DNA of 37,250 nucleotides from Octopus bimaculoides (lineage: Eukaryota). The stretch is from the NCBI RefSeq assembly GCF_001194135.2, contig NC_068988.1, positions 39,133,000 through 39,170,249 of the forward strand. Reading direction: 5' to 3'. Each line of letters starts with the position of its first letter. Within the stretch, counting starts at the first letter, position 1. Positions 1 to 11,272 of the stretch are shown in pieces. The translations under genes were made by a program, and so were the position numbers. The notes under the pieces were generated by a model, which was given only the letters and a program-made list of their open reading frames with translations, was not told the DNA's origin and made no database searches.

Positions 1-174
1 GGAGGTATGTCGATTACTTCGACCTCACTGTTCAACTGGTACGTATTCTATCGACCCTGACAGGATGAAAGCTAAAGTCGATCATGGCGGAATTTGAACT
101 CAGAATGTAAAAACGGACGAAATGCCGCTAAGCATTTTGCCCGGCGCGGTAACAATTCTGCGAGCTCGTCGCTT
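1..174 (-). mobile_element. SINE family 1 (~220 bp, tRNA-type head), running off the window start
   Basis: Reverse complement matches other copies (e.g. 24043-24267): GAGCTCGCAGAATTGTTACCGCGCCGGGCAAAATGCTTAGCGGCATTTCGTCCG, B-box-like GAGTTCAAATTCC, then GGGTCGATAGAATACGTACCAG. Confidence 0.85.
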
Positions 175-208
175 TTATGTTACAAAGCAATATTACTGTA
201 TTCATTAC

Positions 209-338
209 GGCGGAGAGCTGCCTTCATCCTTTCGAGGTCGATTAAATAAGTACCAATTACGCACTGGGTTCGATGTAATCGACTTAATCACTTTCCCCAA
301 ATTTGAGGCCCTGTGCTTCCAGTAAAAAAGAATATTAT
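209..338 (+). mobile_element. SINE family 1, internally deleted copy
   Basis: Head GGCGGAGAGCTG joins directly to CCTTCATCCTTTCGAGGTCGATTAAATAAGTACC. The B-box region is missing. It ends with GGCCCTGTGCTTCCAGTAAAAAAGAATATTAT. Confidence 0.8.
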
Positions 339-349
339 CATATTCATTA

Positions 350-569
350 GGGCAGCGAGCAGGCAGAATCTTTAGCACGCCGGAAAAAATGCTTTGCAGC
401 CTTTCTTCCGTCTTTACATTCTTAGTTTAAATTCTGCTGAAGTCGGCTTTGCTTCTCTTTCTTTCGGGGTCGATAAAATAAGTAGCTGCTGAACCCTGGG
501 ATCGATCTAATCAACCTAGCCCCTGCTCCGAAATCATTGCCCTTGTGCCAAAATTTGAAACCAAAACTA
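350..569 (+). mobile_element. SINE family 1, full-length diverged copy
   Basis: GGCAGCGAGCAGGCAGAATCTTTAGCACGCC...GTTTAAATTC...GGGGTCGATAAAATAAGTAG...CCTTGTGCCAAAATTTGAAACC, colinear with other copies. Confidence 0.85.
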
Positions 570-944
570 CTGTATTCATTTAAGACTGCAGATTAACATA
601 ATCGGCAGTGTCAAGCATGGTATCTTGAACCGGGGTCATCCTTGATTCCATTTTTGCTCCAGACATAGTGTATCAAGGAGTACAATATGCAAAATGTCCT
701 TCATTTCTTGATAGTATGTGCGGTGGGATTTGGGTTCCCATCTCGCTGTTACTTGCAGATGATGAAAGAGAAGAAAAGCTTCATATTTATTTTAGCAGAC
801 CACAAATAATCTTTCCTCGTTTGCTAGAACTCGTTACGGTTTAATTTAAGGTCAATCCTAGTAGAAAAAAAAGTAAAAAATAAATAAATAAATAAAGAAC
901 TACAATCAAATACATTCCAGCTTTGACCATTCCGTCTGAATAGT

Positions 945-1055
945 GGTATTTAGGGCTACATTATCCAATGTGGTCCTTTTTAGGGCTATGGAAAGTGATT
1001 TGGGCGAAATCTGGCTGCTATTTCTAGCAGGTCCAGCAATTCCATAGAGACTTCC
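945..1055 (+). repeat. Old dispersed repeat (family 5), class unknown
   Basis: CTACATTATCCAATGTG...GTGATTTGGGCGAAATCTGGCTGCTATTTCTAGCAGGTC. Diverged relatives occur near 1950-1995, 9310-9395, 25085-25210, 25310-25410, 25785-25890, 27080-27135, 34380-34475 and 35425-35485. Confidence 0.65.
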
Positions 1056-1425
1056 TTTTTAAGGCCTTCTTACTTTAAGTATTGCTATCTATTGTCCTCC
1101 CATTACTATTTTATCACCCTCCCGCTCCCTTTTCTATTACACTCTTTCTTGCTCTCCCATCACGCCACTGTATGCATTCAGAACTAATTGTTTTGGAGCA
1201 CTAGATCAGCTCTCACGGAGCACATTTGTGATTAAAGTTTTTCTAACCGTGGCCGTCACGTCTTTTCGTATACTTTCTACTATGTAATTATCTGTAGCCA
1301 TATCTCTTTTACGATAGCCAAAGATGATTTGAGGGAATTCGGCTGTTATTTTTAGTTGTTGGTTGAGTATTGTTCTCAATGTTAGTTTGATGATGATGCG
1401 GCAGAGGCAATATGAATACCGTGAC

Positions 1426-1789
1426 GTAATATTTATCCTCATTCAAACGTGGATGTTCTATTATAACAAACTATACTGCGGGAGATACCATGCGAGAAAT
1501 TCTCATATTGACATTTTGGTGCATATTGCTGTCAAAGAGATGACTCCCTTCTGCCTCACGCGGTCGAGTGTCCATCATTGACAAAACCAAACAAGGTCGA
1601 AATCACGCGATCTGTTGGTCTCATCGCTGGAGATAGCGGGGATTTATCTCCCCCCTACCTCCCTGCTAGCAATATAAAAAAGAGTGCATTTTGCACCAAA
1701 AAGCCAATATGGGCGTTTCTCTCATGGTGACTACCGCAGTGTAGCTTGTTCTAATAAAACATCCACGTTCAAGCGGAGATAAATATTAC
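1426..1789. mobile_element. MITE-like non-autonomous DNA transposon with ~105-bp terminal inverted repeats
   Basis: 1426-1530 (GTAATATTTATCCTCATTCAAACGTGGATGTTCTATTATAACAAACTATACTGCGGGAGATACCATGCGAGAAAT...) aligns to the reverse complement of 1685-1789 (GTAATATTTATCTCCGCTTGAACGTGGATGTTTTATTAGAACAAGCTACACTGCGGTAGTCACCATGAGAGAAAC...). No coding capacity and no clear TSD. Confidence 0.75.
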
Positions 1790-2663
1790 CTCTAATTGGA
1801 TTTATTCTTTCTTTTGCTAGTATTGTGGGAATTTAGATACCGCTGCTGTTTTTATTGCTGTTTAAATCCTGACTAGTTTTGTTAAAATACACCTATGAGG
1901 AAAAGATATTCTTTTTTTCAGTTTTTACCTCTCACATGCAGGACAGCCAGATCAGGGCTGATTTGATTGTTATTTCTAGCAGATCAATTAGCCAATGAAA
2001 CGGCTATCTCTTCCACTCTGACACTGTTACTACTACTATTGTTATCGTTGCTGTTCTTGTAGTTACTGTTATTTCTTTAATCAGGAAATATTATTTAGAT
2101 TCGCCTTAAACGAAAGGTGACAGATACATTATAAGTAACAGTTGATTTATGTAATCAGTGGAAACAGATGCAAGCTAGCTGTGCGTGTTTTTATAAACTA
2201 CATCATATTTTCCATCTCCATAATCCCTGACACTGGATAACTATAAATCTTTTTTTTTTTTTATATTGCATTATGATTCATCTTACGGAAATAAATGTTA
2301 TTAGTTCAGGTAGAGCTAGAGCACATGTTTACCTGTAAGAATTCACAGAGCCAGAAGACTGGGTCATTTCATTTTCTTAACAGTGACCGCCTGCACATGG
2401 AATCTTCATTTTAATTATTCACTTTTCACTATTAAAATAAGAATCCTATAAGATGTTTTCTTTCGAAGATAAGCCACGAGAGATTTATATTCGATAGGAA
2501 GAAGAAAATGAAATATTACGTGGTTCATGACTTATTCAAAACCTATTACCGGTGTAAGTGAACGAAACTGAATATTTGATTCAATCAGGAAGTGAAACCG
2601 AAACTATAAGATGTCAGTTTGCGAGGTTACTTGAGTCTTACCTTAGGCAGTTCATCCCCACTC

Positions 2664-2716
<53 letters not shown>

Positions 2717-2770
2717 AGATATAGATACACATACATACATACATACATACATATATGCATATTTATATAA

Positions 2771-2838
2771 GGTGTCGGTGTGTGGTAAGAAGCTTGCTTC
2801 CCAACTACATGGCTGCGGGTTTACTCCCACTGCGTCGC
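2771..2838 (+). mobile_element. SINE family 2, head only
   Basis: GGTGTCGGTGTGTGGTAAGAAGCTTGCTTCCCAACTACATGGCTGCGGGTTTACTCCCACTGCGT matches the A-box/B-box head of full copies (e.g. 31232). Confidence 0.75.
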
Positions 2839-5800
2839 GAGGTTACTTGAGTCTTAACTTAGGCAGTTCATCCCCACTCCCATATATATANNNNNNNNNN
2901 NNNNNNNNNNNNNNNNNNNNNNNNNNNNNNNNNNNNNNNNNNNNNNNNNNNNNNNNNNNNNNNNNNNNNNNNNNNNNNNNNNNNNNNNNNNNNNNNNNNN
3001 NNNNNNNNNNNNNNNNNNNNNNNNNNNNNNNNNNNNNNNNNNNNNNNNNNNNNNNNNNNNNNNNNNNNNNNNNNNNNNNNNNNNNNNNNNNNNNNNNNNN
3101 NNNNNNNNNNNNNNNNNNNNNNNNNNNNNNNNNNNNNNNNNNNNNNNNNNNNNNNNNNNNNNNNNNNNNNNNNNNNNNNNNNNNNNNNNNNNNNNNNNNN
3201 NNNNNNNNNNNNNNNNNNNNNNNNNNNNNNATATATATATATATATATATACATATATATACATATAAAAGAAAATAGAACGAAAAAACTACAGAAGATT
3301 TGTATTATATGGTCAAACAATATATTAAAATCGTCATGTTAGTAAAATGTTATAAATTTTTTCTTTGTATGGTGACATCGTTTTTGGAGAAATAACCGGT
3401 TTCGCATTTTCTTTTCAATTTCTCAAATTTCTTTTCCGTTGTTGTGTCATCTATTCGCTATGATGTGATGTAGGAGAGTTCGAAACAGGGGAAGGTAATC
3501 AGGGATTTTCTTCTGCATACGGGAGGTAATCAAAAATGTTGGGAATGATTAGGTTTTGTTAATTTAACATGATTTGGTTTTGTTAGAATAAACTGTTTGA
3601 AATGGTTAAGTTTGGGTTTATATTTTTCAATGAGGTAAGTTTCCTTATTTAAAAATGTTAGAAATGGTTAAGTTTAGGCTTATATTTTTCAATGAAGCAG
3701 GTTTTGCGTATCTGTCAATGTGTTCACTAAAGGGTATCATTTAGTATTTTGGGAATGCAATCTGCTGTCGGTGCGGAGTGCATCTTCATCCGAGCGATGA
3801 TCTCGTGGATCCTATGTAGTTTTGGTGCTCGGGATCCCCACCACACATGAACGTTCGGTCTGTAGCATGGTGAGTGTAGAAGTTCGGAAAGTAATTCGAT
3901 AGATGCAAAGAATTACAGGGCAGATTTCATGCTATGGCCAAGGTATTCATACAGTGCATCGTTTTTGAAACATCTTTTATTCAGCATGACTCGAGGGTGC
4001 CATTTAAGGGAGACTTGGCTGCCATCTTTGACGAATGTATAAAGGTTTGCTTTTTGATTTGGATTGATATTTGTAATAATTTGGAGACTTACATTATTGA
4101 GCAGATTGAAGCATATCATACCAATCCTATCGATAATATAGGGATGACCGATAAACTCGAACGCAAATTAAAAACAAATACAAAATCCTAATATTTACAT
4201 GCTTTAAAAACCCGGCAATGGATTGAAGGTATGGGGTCTTACCTTTACTCAGTTACACGGGTATATGTAAGGCATTCCAAATATGATCTTAAATACAGGG
4301 ACAAAAACCACAAAATTAGGAGTGTTTTCTCAATCACGAATTAAGAAACTTTAGTAAGCTGAACAGACGTTAAAGGGCGCAAACATGACTGTATGGTTAA
4401 GAAGTTTTCTTCGCCAAGAGGCAGTCTAAACTATGTGTAGCCAGGGATTGGATACTAACGTCTGAATGTAACCTGGTGTAGGGTGTATTTGTGCTTTATA
4501 TAATAAGGTAAAAAACTACTGTTAGACAACCCGACAGAATTATAAGCAGAAGAGTCACTATATCATGTCCTTCTCACAGCAACTGTAATATGCTCTTGAA
4601 CAAAATACTTTAAGCTCAACGGCTGAGTCTACCTGGCTGTCGCATATAGTCCATCCTGGCATAAAATACACCACTTTATACAGCAACACTATTGGAAAAC
4701 TGACGATTGTTTTATCGGCTTATAATGTTGGGTACGTTACTTTTGCGAGGGAAATTTTCTTAAGATAGATTGCCCGGAAGCGCCTGATTTCTTATTTGCT
4801 TAAAAATTTGCTACATAAACAGCAGATAAGTGTCGGTTCTTTGAAAACCAGAAACCCAAGAAAAGCAAAGCTAAAGTTACAGAGTAAGCAGTTGCTTTCT
4901 GTCTAGATTTTAGATATTTAGAAAAAATTATCTTTTTCTAACTTCAGTATTGGCTATCATTTTTTTTTACCTCGCAAACTTAACGCTAAATATCATCTCT
5001 CTGCCTCTTTCTTTCTCTCTATCTTTCTCTCTCTCTCTCATTCACTCACTCACTCACACACTCACTCATTCACTCACTCACTCACTCTGTCTGTCTGTCT
5101 GTCTCTCTCTCTCTCACCTTCCCTTTCTCTTCCTTCGAAAAAATTTCTCTTAGCACATAGAACTCATCATTTTCATTTCTGTTTTCAAAATTACGAAGCA
5201 TTTTTTCTTAAGTGCCAGTAAAGAAAATATGATTTCACCGTCATTATTATACAGTTATTTCTTTTTAAATTTCATTCCAGAACACTAGAATAATAATATA
5301 TACCTTGGTTACGTTGGTTCATTTCATTTACTTGATTATATGAAAAACACAGCAACAAAACACTTACCTGCAAAAAATATGGAAAAAGAAAAGAACATTA
5401 AAGCCAAGAGTAAAAAGAAGAATGAAAAATAGAACAAATAAGAATATCAGTATATTAACAATACATTGTAATGGTGGAACTTTTTTGGCTTTTTATAAAG
5501 TAAAGAAATATCTGCTCTTTAATATAAGTTTTATCTCACAGAAATCAGAGAAAAATCAGAGAAGCAGNNNNNNNNNNNNNNNNNNNNNNNNNNNNNNNNN
5601 NNNNNNNNNNNNNNNNNNNNNNNNNNNNNNNNNNNNNNNNNNNNNNNNNNNNNNNNNNNNNNNNNNNTTAATATAAGTTTTATCTCACAGAAATCAGAGA
5701 AAAATCAGAGAAGCAGAACAAGTAAAGCGTTCGGGATAAATTCTTTTGCAATATTTATTCTCACTCTTCATGTTTTAAATGTCGAAGTTACTTTGCCTTT

Positions 5801-6199
5801 CGTTCATTCGGAGTCGATAAAATAAGATGTCAGTCCAGAGCTCCTGCTTTGGTGGGGAAAATGCTTTGTGGTAAATATTTCGGCTCATTTGGTTCTGAGT
5901 TCGCCTACAACTGAACTGTTGCCGCATGATACAAGTTATATAGATTCTTGGTTTTTCCTTGGAAAAACTCGATGGAGTGTAAATATTTGGAGTAGAGGCA
6001 ATTGTACGTAGTCTTATAGTTACACGAAAACCAGTAAGGACCAATTAGATTATCGTTATGACTATAAAAACAAAATGTTCGAGTGGATAAGATAATCGAC
6101 TACTTGGTTATATGTTATGAGTTCAAGTCCTCTGCTAGTATGTCTTGACCTCTCTAAGACTTCTATTCTTTCAACTATAGGATTAGGGCTGGGATTCTT

Positions 6200-6381
6200 A
6201 TCAAATTGATTAATCGTTTACATCGATCCCAGCACTCAGCTGGTACTTATTTTATCGATCTCGAAAGGATGCAAGGTAAAGTGGACCTCAGCAGAATTTG
6301 AACTCAGAACCTAAAGAGCTGGAAGAAATGATTTTAAACATTTTGTCTGATGTGCTGATGATTCTACCAATTCACTGCTTT
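6200..6381 (-). mobile_element. SINE family 1, diverged copy
   Basis: Plus strand ACATCGATCCCAG...GGTACTTATTTTATCGATCTCGAAAGGATG...AGAATTTGAACTCAGAAC...GATTCTACCAATTCACTGC. Confidence 0.8.
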
Positions 6382-7426
6382 TGCCTTTTCAAGACTTAAT
6401 ACGTCATTATTTATTGTTTAAGTTTACCAAACTGTTAAGTGCTGTACTTTGTTGTGTTTTAGGAGAATGTCAATAGAGCTGGCTGATGAATATCTTTGAT
6501 TACACAAGTATAATTAATGAATCTATTGTATCAAATGTTTATCTTTTTTTCTCTCAATCCAATCCAACGATTTCGGTAATGTAAAATTGCTAATATTTTG
6601 TAAAGATCTACCTTATCATATTGGTTGACTGCTATTTTTGAATTCTTATTTCACTCCAGAGTGTGCAGATATCCTTACCGTCTATGTTCTTACTGCTATT
6701 ATCCAGCTAAAGCCAGGACATCAAACATAAGTAATATACTAGCATGAATGACACAACTTCCTACGTAAGCCGCATACATTCTCAAAACTGTTAGTTGCTT
6801 CATATCTATATAAGAATCTCTGATATTTTCTTAGTTATTTGAGAAGTGTGTGCGAGAGAAAGTCAGAGAGAAACAGAGTGAGAGTGAAAGAAAGGGAAAG
6901 AGAAAGTGAAAGAGAAAGACAGAAAGACAGAGAGAGGTAAATTTAGAAAATGAGAGAGAGAAGTGAAACATTTTTCATGGAAATGAAGGTAAGTGGTCCG
7001 ATTCACGTCATTGATGCTCTTTGGATAAGCAGAATAATGAAAGAATAATATTCATATGGCTTCACGTCGCTATGTAAACAAATAAATAGATAAATAAACA
7101 AAGTTTGTTAATTAAAATGCATGGTTCGAATTCCAGTCTCAGCAGTTGTCTTTCCTCTTACCTAGATCATGATTTTTTTTTTAACGCTATTTCAACTGAG
7201 AGCTCTATGACTATTTCATTGTGATTATTGGCACGTCTAATCATATGTATAATAACTCTGGGTAAGTATATATAGATTGTCCCAATATTAACAGCTTATT
7301 TTTTTAAATAATAGGAATTTAAGAAGTATAATTTTATTAGACGGAAATATGCAATTTTTTTGGAAGCAGTAACAGTAAAAATAATACAAAAGACTTGAGC
7401 TTCTGTACTTTCTAGAAATTATTTTG

Positions 7427-7427
<1 letters not shown>

Positions 7428-7493
<66 letters not shown>

Positions 7494-7512
7494 GTCTGTC
7501 TATCTATCTATA

Positions 7513-7551
<39 letters not shown>

Positions 7552-7604
7552 ATGCGTGAATGTGTGCATAATTGCATATATAGGCAGATATATTTGTATG
7601 TATG

Positions 7605-7634
<30 letters not shown>
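7428..7634. repeat. Compound microsatellite (TCTA)n-(TG)n-(TATG)n
   Basis: Directly visible. Confidence 0.95.
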
Positions 7635-7635
<1 letters not shown>

Positions 7636-7930
7636 CTTGTGATGTGACTTATGCTCACAGCAGAACTAGTGCAACTTGTGGAAAGGTGTGCTTTTCAGCT
7701 GGAGGACTGAAAAGGCATGTCAAAAGAGTTCATGCTGTGGCACCTGTTCCTTCTGCCAGCCAGCACAGGTGTGCATTATGCAATAAAATGTACAAATCTT
7801 TTGCCAGACCAAAGAGTCATACAAGGGCCTCACACTGCATCATCAATGATTCATTTCAGTGGTTCTTTCTGGCAATGGCTTTGCACGTATACGAAAAAGC
7901 AGATACTATGTATGTATGTATGTATGTATG
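7635..7930 (+). mobile_element. 5'-truncated non-LTR retrotransposon 3' end (RTE-like) encoding two C2H2-type zinc fingers, with (TATG)n tail
   Basis: Frame reads SATCGKVCFSAGGLKRHVKRVH (7668-7733; first Cys appears mutated to Ser) and CALCNKMYKSFARPKSHTRASH (7770-7835). Both have C-x2-C-x12-H-x4-H spacing and there is no TGEKP linker. A short 3' UTR runs into (TATG)n from 7907. RTE assignment rests on recalled family features. Confidence 0.7.
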
Positions 7931-8093
7931 TGTGTGTGTATGTAAGTATGTGTTATGTATGTGTGTGTTTATGTGTGTGTGTGCGTGCACACACATTCAT
8001 ATATGCATATATACACATACATGCACACACACAGAGCTTCCTGTCAATTTTTGAAAATTGTTACGTTTTGAACACATGTGTAAGTGGTGGCTA

Positions 8094-8133
<40 letters not shown>

Positions 8134-8909
8134 TGTGTGTTTGTGTGTAGTTGTGTGAGTGCCTGTGTAAGCTAATAAATGAACGGATGATTAAATTGAA
8201 GTCTATGCGAGAGAATATTTTCTTTTGGCAAGAAGGCTCAAACGACTTATTTAGTGGATTGACAAATGGGACCGGGTGACATTCCATCTTTTTCCAAGAT
8301 TAATAACAACTTTGTTGATTAACTCTTTTAATAGAATCACTTAATATTCTGTTATATTCAGTAATTTCAGGATTCGGATTGGGTTTAAATGACTTTTCAT
8401 CGAATTCACGTCGAATTCACTTTTCATCATACTGTTGTATGTTTGTGTGGAAGGGAAGAATACACACACACACAGACACACGGACAGACAGACACAAACA
8501 CACACACACACACACACACACGCACAGTTGTTTTTGGCGTCGAAAGCAATGCCAGTTCTAAATAGAAATCTGTATATCTTACTTAATGCAGATATACCGT
8601 TGAAAGCCTTCTAAACTGCGGTATTCGTAGTTATAGTGTTAAGAAATATAGAAATATATCAGTCGCAGACAAAAATCGTCTAACAGCGGCGGGACAAAGT
8701 AGCAGAAATATGCATTTAAGAATGCCACACTGCTGCGGAGGATATTCATCAGCTGTGATTTTTTAACACAATACGTCTATAAGAAATGTTTTCTCAAGAC
8801 AATTACCAGTTTTGAAGGCTTTCAGACCATATATATATATATATACATACATAAAAGTATGTATGCATATATATATATATGTGTGCGTGTGTGTATATAT
8901 GTATGTATG

Positions 8910-8949
<40 letters not shown>

Positions 8950-9645
8950 ACAGCATCACACTCAACTTGCCGTGAGGAGTGGAAAACCAAAATTTCCTTT
9001 CGAAATTTTCGGAAAGTAGCGTTGTAAATATTTGGGCAACCGTTATACTCCGTAAAGGATAAGCAGAGGTTAAACTACCTTGCAGTTAATTCAAATGTAG
9101 CATTGAATAAGATTTGTATTTGAAGTGTGCACTTGAAACATTCAATACTAAAAAAGAGACTTCAAAACCGTATTTTAATAAAGATATATTAAAACTGGAA
9201 TCTATAAAAAAAATGTCCAGACAGTCCATCCGTAAGCATTTGCTTCTTTTAGTAAAATTTACATAATTCCAACTAATTAAAATGCAGTTTTCTCAGCTAT
9301 AGTATGGATTTATCTAATGTTATTTCTGTCTTTAAAACGGCAGTGTGTGATTCAAAAGAGTTATAGCTGTTATTTCTAACTATTCAAATGGCCACGGAGA
9401 GATTCTGTTCTTGAGTCAAATTTTATTTATTTTACAGATTTTTTAGCATGAAAAATTCAGTGAAATATTGCGGGATTTGAACACGGCAAAAATAATTATA
9501 TTTTCTCATATCTCAGCACGTCTGATGTTAATCAGACACTACTGCTTGACGTTATTATACACACTTTACACCCACACCAAGCACGCATACACACGCATAT
9601 AGATAAAAATGTATGTATGTATGTATTATTAGCCTGCCATAATAC

Positions 9646-9686
9646 TTGAAAAGCAAAAGGATCCCATATGCCGTCTGATGAAATGC
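9646..9686 (-). CDS. Candidate small internal exon (phase 1 to 0), xISSDGIWDPFAFQ
   Basis: Strong acceptor CCTCTTCTGTTTACAG|G and weak donor CAA|GTATTA. No homology recognised. Confidence 0.2.
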
Positions 9687-10443
9687 CTGTAAACAGAAGA
9701 GGCATGGGTATTGTAATAAATGATAGAATGTATCCTTATATGGTGCTAATACTGTACATAAACGAATGTTGCATTTCGCATACAGCGCGCGCACACACAC
9801 GCATACGCAAACACGCGTTCGTACAAGTGTATATTCAGTCATATATATATATATATATATATANNNNNNNNNNNNNNNNNNNNNNNNNNNNNNNNNNNNN
9901 NNNNNNNNNNNNNNNNNNNNNNNNNNNNNNNNNNNNNNNNNNNNNNNNNNNNNNNNNNNNNNNNNNNNNNNNNNNNNNNNNNNNNNNNNNNNNNNNNNNN
10001 NNNNNNNNNNNNNNNNNNNNNNNNNNNNNNNNNNNNNNNNNNNNNNNNNNNNNNNNNNNNNNNNNNNNNNNNNNNNNNNNNNNNNNNNNNNNNNNNNNNN
10101 NNNNNNNNNNNNNNNNNNNNNNNNNNNNNNNNNNNNNNNNNNNNNNNNNNNNNNNNNNNNNNNNNNNNNNNNNNNNNNNNNNNNNNNNNNNNNNNNNNNN
10201 NNNNNNNNNNNNNNNNNNNNNNNNNNNNNNNNNNNNNNNNNNNNNNNNNNNNNNNNNNNNNNNNNNNNNNNNNNNNNNNNNNNNNNNNNNNNNNNNNNNN
10301 NNNNNNNNNNNNNNNNNNNNNNNNNNNNNNNNNNNNNNNNNNNNNNNNNNNNNNNNNNNCACATGTCTAATGTGCATCTAATATCTTTTGGAGGCCCGCC
10401 TTTATAAAACGAATTCTATTAATACTGACGATGAACAGATGAT

Positions 10444-10478
<35 letters not shown>

Positions 10479-10774
10479 TGATGATGATGATGCCATAGGG
10501 GTAAGTACCGTTATAAGTTCCTCTGATAAATTAACTTGAAAGGTGCGGAAGTCAAACTGTTTGCCGCAAATTTTTTGTCCTCGCTGTTTCCGGGATGATC
10601 GTCCAACCATTATCAGAGAAACCATCAAAGACAACACGTGTGAATTAAGCGCATGTGCCACTTTTTGTTGTATGCGTATGGTGTATAGGAAACGGTACGT
10701 GAGCGTGTGTGTGTGTGTGTGTGCGTGTGTGCGCGTGCGTGCGCGCGCTTAGCGTAAGTATCTGTTTGTTTGTT

Positions 10775-10842
<68 letters not shown>

Positions 10843-10896
10843 AGTATGTGTGTGTGTGCGTGTGTGTGTCTGTGTGTTTGTATAAAATATGTATAT

Positions 10897-11230
10897 ATTT
10901 CTTTTATTTCTTTTACTTGTTTCAGTCATTTGACTGCGGCCATGCTGGAGCACTGCTTTTAGTCGAACAAATCGACCACAGGACTTATTCTTTGTAAGCC
11001 TAGTACATATTCTATATATGACTTTTGTCGAAGCGCCGCTATATTATGGAGACTTAAACATCGAATGCAAGTAGTTTTAAAGATATTCGTGAAAACGAAA
11101 TTCGATCATCGATTATTCGAAAACCTAATTGAAAAATTATAAAAAAAACTTAATTTCAATTAAAAACATCGGTTGTCAACCGATAGTGGTAGTGGTGGTG
11201 GTGGTGGCAAACACAGACACACAAATACAC
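10897..11230 (-). mobile_element. SINE family 2, 3' half, interrupted by ~100 bp of AT-rich sequence
   Basis: CTTTTACTTGTTTCAGTCATTTGACTGCGGCCATGCTGGAGCAC...GGACTTATTCTTTGTAAGCCTAGTAC, resuming at 11167 with ATCGGTTGTCAACCG...CAAACACAGACAC. Confidence 0.8.
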
Positions 11231-11272
11231 ACATAAGTACATATATACAGGCGTACACATACATGTGTATAT

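Noticed and set aside
3597-3700. Two ~40-bp copies of GAAATGGTTAAGTTT...ATATTTTTCAATGA, 62 bp apart
   Set aside because: A small local duplication with no further structure.
5519-5716. 48-bp direct repeat flanking a 100-N gap
   Set aside because: An exact duplicate on both sides of a gap, typical of unmerged contig overlap.
8173-8276. Plus-strand exon-like frame LINERMIKLKSMRENIFFWQEGSNDLFSGLTNGTG
   Set aside because: Weak acceptor, no recognisable homology, and no better than chance candidates.
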